The notes beneath the pieces were generated by a model. The model did no database searches. It was not told the DNA's origin and was given only the letters and a program-made list of their open reading frames with translations. Positions 60,752 to 64,000 of a stretch of DNA of 64,000 nt are shown here, in pieces (position 1 is the first letter of the stretch; every line of letters begins with the position of its first letter). The position numbers were made by a program, and so were the translations under genes. The DNA comes from Gemmatimonadales bacterium (lineage in GTDB: Bacteria; Gemmatimonadota; Gemmatimonadetes; Gemmatimonadales; GWC2-71-9), in assembly GCA_041615815.1 (NCBI GenBank), contig JBFJCP010000016.1, positions 1 to 64,000 on the forward strand, given 5' to 3'.

Positions 60752-61411
60752 ATGGCCATATCTCATCAGCAAGTCCTCGGCGTCTTCCCGCTTGGCGCTG
60801 CACTCCTCCTTGCAGGGTGTTCCAAGGCGACGGTCAGCCGATATCAGCCCGGCCCGTTAGCAGAGCCGGTACCCCAGATATTCGTGGTGCTTCCTGTCTT
60901 CTTCGAGCTTCCATCCGGCGCCAACAGCTGGGATTCCCGCCAAACGAGCTTCACCGTCGAGGAAACCGCCGAGCTCGACGAAGCAGAGGCCCGCATCGTG
61001 GAGCGGTTGTCCCCCGCACTGCCGCAGACAGCCGTGATCTCCCCGCGTTCCTCTGAAACGCTCTTGTGGGAGGCGGCAGGCGACTCCATGACGCCCACGG
61101 CTACTGGTTTTCCGAAACTCGCGATGCAACTCGCCAATGAGTTTCACGCGGACGGCGTGGTCGTCTGCTCGGTGTCCGGCTTGGAATTCGTCGAAGGAGA
61201 GAAAGGGTTTTGGCAGACCGACATTCCCGAGACTACGGGCCGAGTGGAGCTTTCACTGTATCAACCAAACGGCCGCGTGGCGTGGACACTGGTAGCAGAT
61301 ACCAAGAAGATCTTCACCCTGGGACGGACACCCAAGTTCGTGGACTTCGTCGACTTCGCCATCAAGGAAATGGTGCCGGAGATTGAGCGGATATATCAGG
61401 CGCCCAACTAG
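60752..61411 (+). CDS. Hypothetical lipoprotein
   Basis: Lipobox LAGC; ADGVV...GRVAW. Confidence 0.7.
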   Translation: MAISHQQVLGVFPLGAALLLAGCSKATVSRYQPGPLAEPVPQIFVVLPVFFELPSGANSWDSRQTSFTVEETAELDEAEARIVERLSPALPQTAVISPRSSETLLWEAAGDSMTPTATGFPKLAMQLANEFHADGVVVCSVSGLEFVEGEKGFWQTDIPETTGRVELSLYQPNGRVAWTLVADTKKIFTLGRTPKFVDFVDFAIKEMVPEIERIYQAPN

Positions 61412-61483
61412 GCGCTGACCGCCACCCGAGATCCCTGCGCGGGAGGTCCTCCGCCCACGTTGACCGCCACGCCCCCCGCACCC

Positions 61484-62095
61484 TCAATCACTCCGCTCGC
61501 TCGGCGACACCCAATCCCGCGGCAATTCCCCCTTCCCCTCTGCCTTCGCAACGATGTCGGCAACACTCTGCACAATACGATCATCGAACTCCCGACCGCG
61601 TTGGCGAGCCTCGACGCGCAACGCGCGCACGAACGGCCGCATCGATCGAGCCTTCCCGAGCCCTTGAACCGCGGTCATCAGAGCCTGCAGCTGGCGCTCC
61701 ACCGCCTCGAGCTTCGGGACCGGTGCAACCACCCGCCCGTCGCGTACGGTCTCCGCGTCGCCCCACGCCCGAAGCAGCTCACGTGCGGACGCCACGATCT
61801 CGCCAAATGCCGACACCTCGAGGTAGGACTGCCACTCGCCGAGCCAGGCTGCAGCGCCTGCACTGGCCTCCCAATCTCGTTGGTGGGATTCGTCCAACTG
61901 CGCCACGCGCTCGATCTCGGACCTGGGGATCCGCCATTCCCGACCGACTTTATCGCCTTTCAAATGGGGCGGCTCGGCAGCAAGCCAGTTCAGCACTGTA
62001 TTGCGGTGCACACCCAGGAGCTCGGCTGCTTGCTGTGCGTTCAACGTGGACTGCTGGGCATGGCCAGCGCCATGCACTATACTATGCTTATTCAT
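61484..62095 (-). CDS. Excisionase-type (HTH_17) DNA-binding protein with helical C-terminal extension
   Basis: LNAQQAAELLGVHRNTVLNW...KVGREWRIPRSEIER. Confidence 0.75.
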   Translation of the reverse strand: MNKHSIVHGAGHAQQSTLNAQQAAELLGVHRNTVLNWLAAEPPHLKGDKVGREWRIPRSEIERVAQLDESHQRDWEASAGAAAWLGEWQSYLEVSAFGEIVASARELLRAWGDAETVRDGRVVAPVPKLEAVERQLQALMTAVQGLGKARSMRPFVRALRVEARQRGREFDDRIVQSVADIVAKAEGKGELPRDWVSPSERSD

Positions 62096-62101
62096 ACGCA
62101 C

Positions 62102-62130
62102 AGGATATGCATTTTGTTGTAACATGGCAA
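62102..62130 (-). promoter_or_regulatory. Sigma70-like promoter for the HTH gene, probably leaderless
   Basis: TTGCCA-N17-TATCCT, 6 nt before ATG 62095, in an AT-rich patch. Confidence 0.5.
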
Positions 62131-62165
62131 GGAGGAAACACTTACTGCCATGTTCCCTTCCCAGC

Positions 62166-62720
62166 CTAGATGGCGACCGCCGCGCTGGGCGGCGCGGCGG
62201 CCCGGAGCACTCCCGCTGATCCCACCACACCGGCGCTTCTCAGCAACACACTCAACGTCTCGAACGACGCCCGATGTGGCGACGAGCGGCGCCAGGCGAG
62301 AGCAACCGTGCGGGACGGCTCGGGCCGTACAAACGGGGGCACCGCGAGGTGGCTCCCGTCCAGGCGGCGACCACCGGTCGCCATGAGCGGAAGCAGCGTC
62401 AGCCCTACGCCGTGCTCGACCATCTGGATCAATGTGCCCAGGCTGGTCGCTCGGAAGTCTCCCAACTCGCAGGCACCGGCCGCGTCGCAAATGACCGACG
62501 TCTGCTCCCGGAGGCAATGCCCGTCTGCGAGCAGGAGCACCTCGGCGCCGTGAAGATCGGCAGCTCGGAGACGCTTCCGGCGAGCGAGCGGATGGTCGGG
62601 CGGCATGGCGACGACGAAAGGATCCTTGAACAGCCCGGTGGTCTCGAGATCGCCAAGCTCCGACTCCAGGGCAACGAGGGCGAGATCGACCTCGCCTTCC
62701 CCTACCAGCTCCACGCGCCG
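62166..62720 (-). pseudogene. oxyR: OxyR-like LysR substrate-binding domain fragment lacking the HTH
   Basis: GEVDLALVA, LLLADGHCLREQ...IC, RATSLGTLIQMV..GVGLTLLP; the N-terminal LysR HTH is absent. Confidence 0.7.
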
Positions 62721-62838
62721 CTGGTGGCCTCGGCTATAGCTCGCGGCGGTGATAGTTTTTCTCCGCATCGGCTTCGCCCCGATTCCAGTCCCATCACAAG
62801 GCGCTGCGCATTACGACCAATCCCGGTCCACGTCGTAG

Positions 62839-64000
62839 ATGACGAAACTCATCGTCCTCTTCGTCACGGCGTTCGTGGACATGGTGGGGCTCGCCATTGT
62901 GCTGCCCCTCCTGCCCTACTACGCCACGGATTTCGGGGCCAGCGCCGCGATCGTCGGCCTCCTGGTATCCGCATTCTCCGTGGCGCAACTGGCGTGCGCT
63001 CCCTACTGGGGTCGGTTCTCTGACCGGTATGGTCGTCGGCCGGCCATCCTCACCGGGCTCCTCATTACGGCCGTGGCGTATGTGGTTTTCGCCTTCGCCG
63101 ATTCGGTGCTGCTGTTGTTGCTCTCGCGGGTCGTGCAGGGGCTGGGTGGCGGCACGATAGGCGTCGTCCAGGCGTACGTGGCGGATGCAAGCCCGGCACA
63201 CGAGCGTACCAAGAGTCTGGGCTGGCTCTCGGCGGTCACGAGCCTGGGCGCCGTCGTGGGACCGGCCTTGGGGTCTCTCACGGTCTCTCTGGGCGGACAA
63301 GCGGCCCCCGGCCTCACCGCCGCCGCCCTCGCAGGACTCGTCGCCGTATTCGCATGGGAATTCCTGGGAGAATCACCCAAAGACGCCGACGGCACGGAAC
63401 ACGACGGGGCGCCGGCAGCGTCCGAGCTCGAGGCCTTCGGCACGGTCGTGCGCCAGTGGAGAGAACCCGCCCCGCGGCTCATATGGATCTACGCCATCGC
63501 GATCGGCGCGTTCTACGGCACGGTCCCCGTCATGCCCATCCTGCTGGAGGCGCGTCTCGGGATCACCGAACATACGGTGGGCTACGTGATCATGTATCTG
63601 GGCGGAATGGGCGTGCTGGTGCGCGCGCTCGTCCTTGGCAAGATGGTGGATCGGCTTCGCGAAGCGCGATTGTCTCGCCTGGGTATTCTGCTGCTCGCCG
63701 TGGGACTCGCGCTCATGACGGTGACTCGCTCCTACCTCGTGCTGGCAGTCTCTCTCACCCTCATGCCCCTCGGCACGGCCTTCCTCTTTCCCTGCATCAC
63801 CGGCCTTCTGTCTCGCGTGGTCTCGAGCCGTGAGCGAGGCCTCTACATGGGGATGCAGCACACCTTCGGTGGCATCTCCCGTGTCGCCTTCCCGATGGGG
63901 GCCGGCTTGGCCATGGATCACCTCGGGCTTGGCATTCCCTTCCTGATCGCCGGCGGGCTCGTCCTGGCGACCCTTCCGCTGACGAGCACGTTGTCCGATT
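62839..64000 (+). CDS. MFS transporter, TetA/DHA1-like (partial, runs off right edge)
   Basis: Not in ORF track. MTKLIVLFVTAFVDMVGLAIVLPLLPYY...WGRFSDRYGRRP (motif A)...SRVVQGLGGG. Confidence 0.92.
   Translation, partial: MTKLIVLFVTAFVDMVGLAIVLPLLPYYATDFGASAAIVGLLVSAFSVAQLACAPYWGRFSDRYGRRPAILTGLLITAVAYVVFAFADSVLLLLLSRVVQGLGGGTIGVVQAYVADASPAHERTKSLGWLSAVTSLGAVVGPALGSLTVSLGGQAAPGLTAAALAGLVAVFAWEFLGESPKDADGTEHDGAPAASELEAFGTVVRQWREPAPRLIWIYAIAIGAFYGTVPVMPILLEARLGITEHTVGYVIMYLGGMGVLVRALVLGKMVDRLREARLSRLGILLLAVGLALMTVTRSYLVLAVSLTLMPLGTAFLFPCITGLLSRVVSSRERGLYMGMQHTFGGISRVAFPMGAGLAMDHLGLGIPFLIAGGLVLATLPLTSTLSD

Overview
GC-rich bacterial window. The Ser/Thr-kinase architectures, many lipoproteins and attC style suggest Gemmatimonadota or a relative; this is inference, not a database result. 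(1) 1-14313, minus strand: the 5' part of an NRPS cluster, ordered type II thioesterase, sulfotransferase, MIO-dependent histidine-ammonia-lyase-like enzyme, then three NRPS genes, the last running off the left edge. The first A domain looks like a beta-amino-acid (SgcC1-type) domain and module 2 has a non-canonical C and A domain. The best candidate for an undescribed system is therefore a histidine-type MIO enzyme feeding beta-histidine or urocanate into a sulfated beta-amino-acid peptide. (2) 14.6-48 kb: mixed genes, including an ArsR-SRPBCC regulator with a perfect operator, two ATP-grasp ligases around D-amino-acid hydrolases, a multicopper oxidase operon, a kinase-hydrolase fusion, twin Ig/22-Pro lipoproteins with swapped C-terminal domains, and a CDGSH/ferredoxin/Rieske/TPP-enzyme fusion. 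(3) 48.3-53.8 kb: a decaying integron cassette array with attC sites but no integrase in the window. (4) 53.8-64 kb: DUF885 protein, kinase-TPR protein, a frameshifted zinc-ribbon gene, tRNA-Leu(TAA), an excisionase-like HTH gene, a truncated oxyR-like gene and a partial MFS transporter. Several starts were moved from the ORF track using RBS and overlap evidence. All family calls come from motif recognition by eye.
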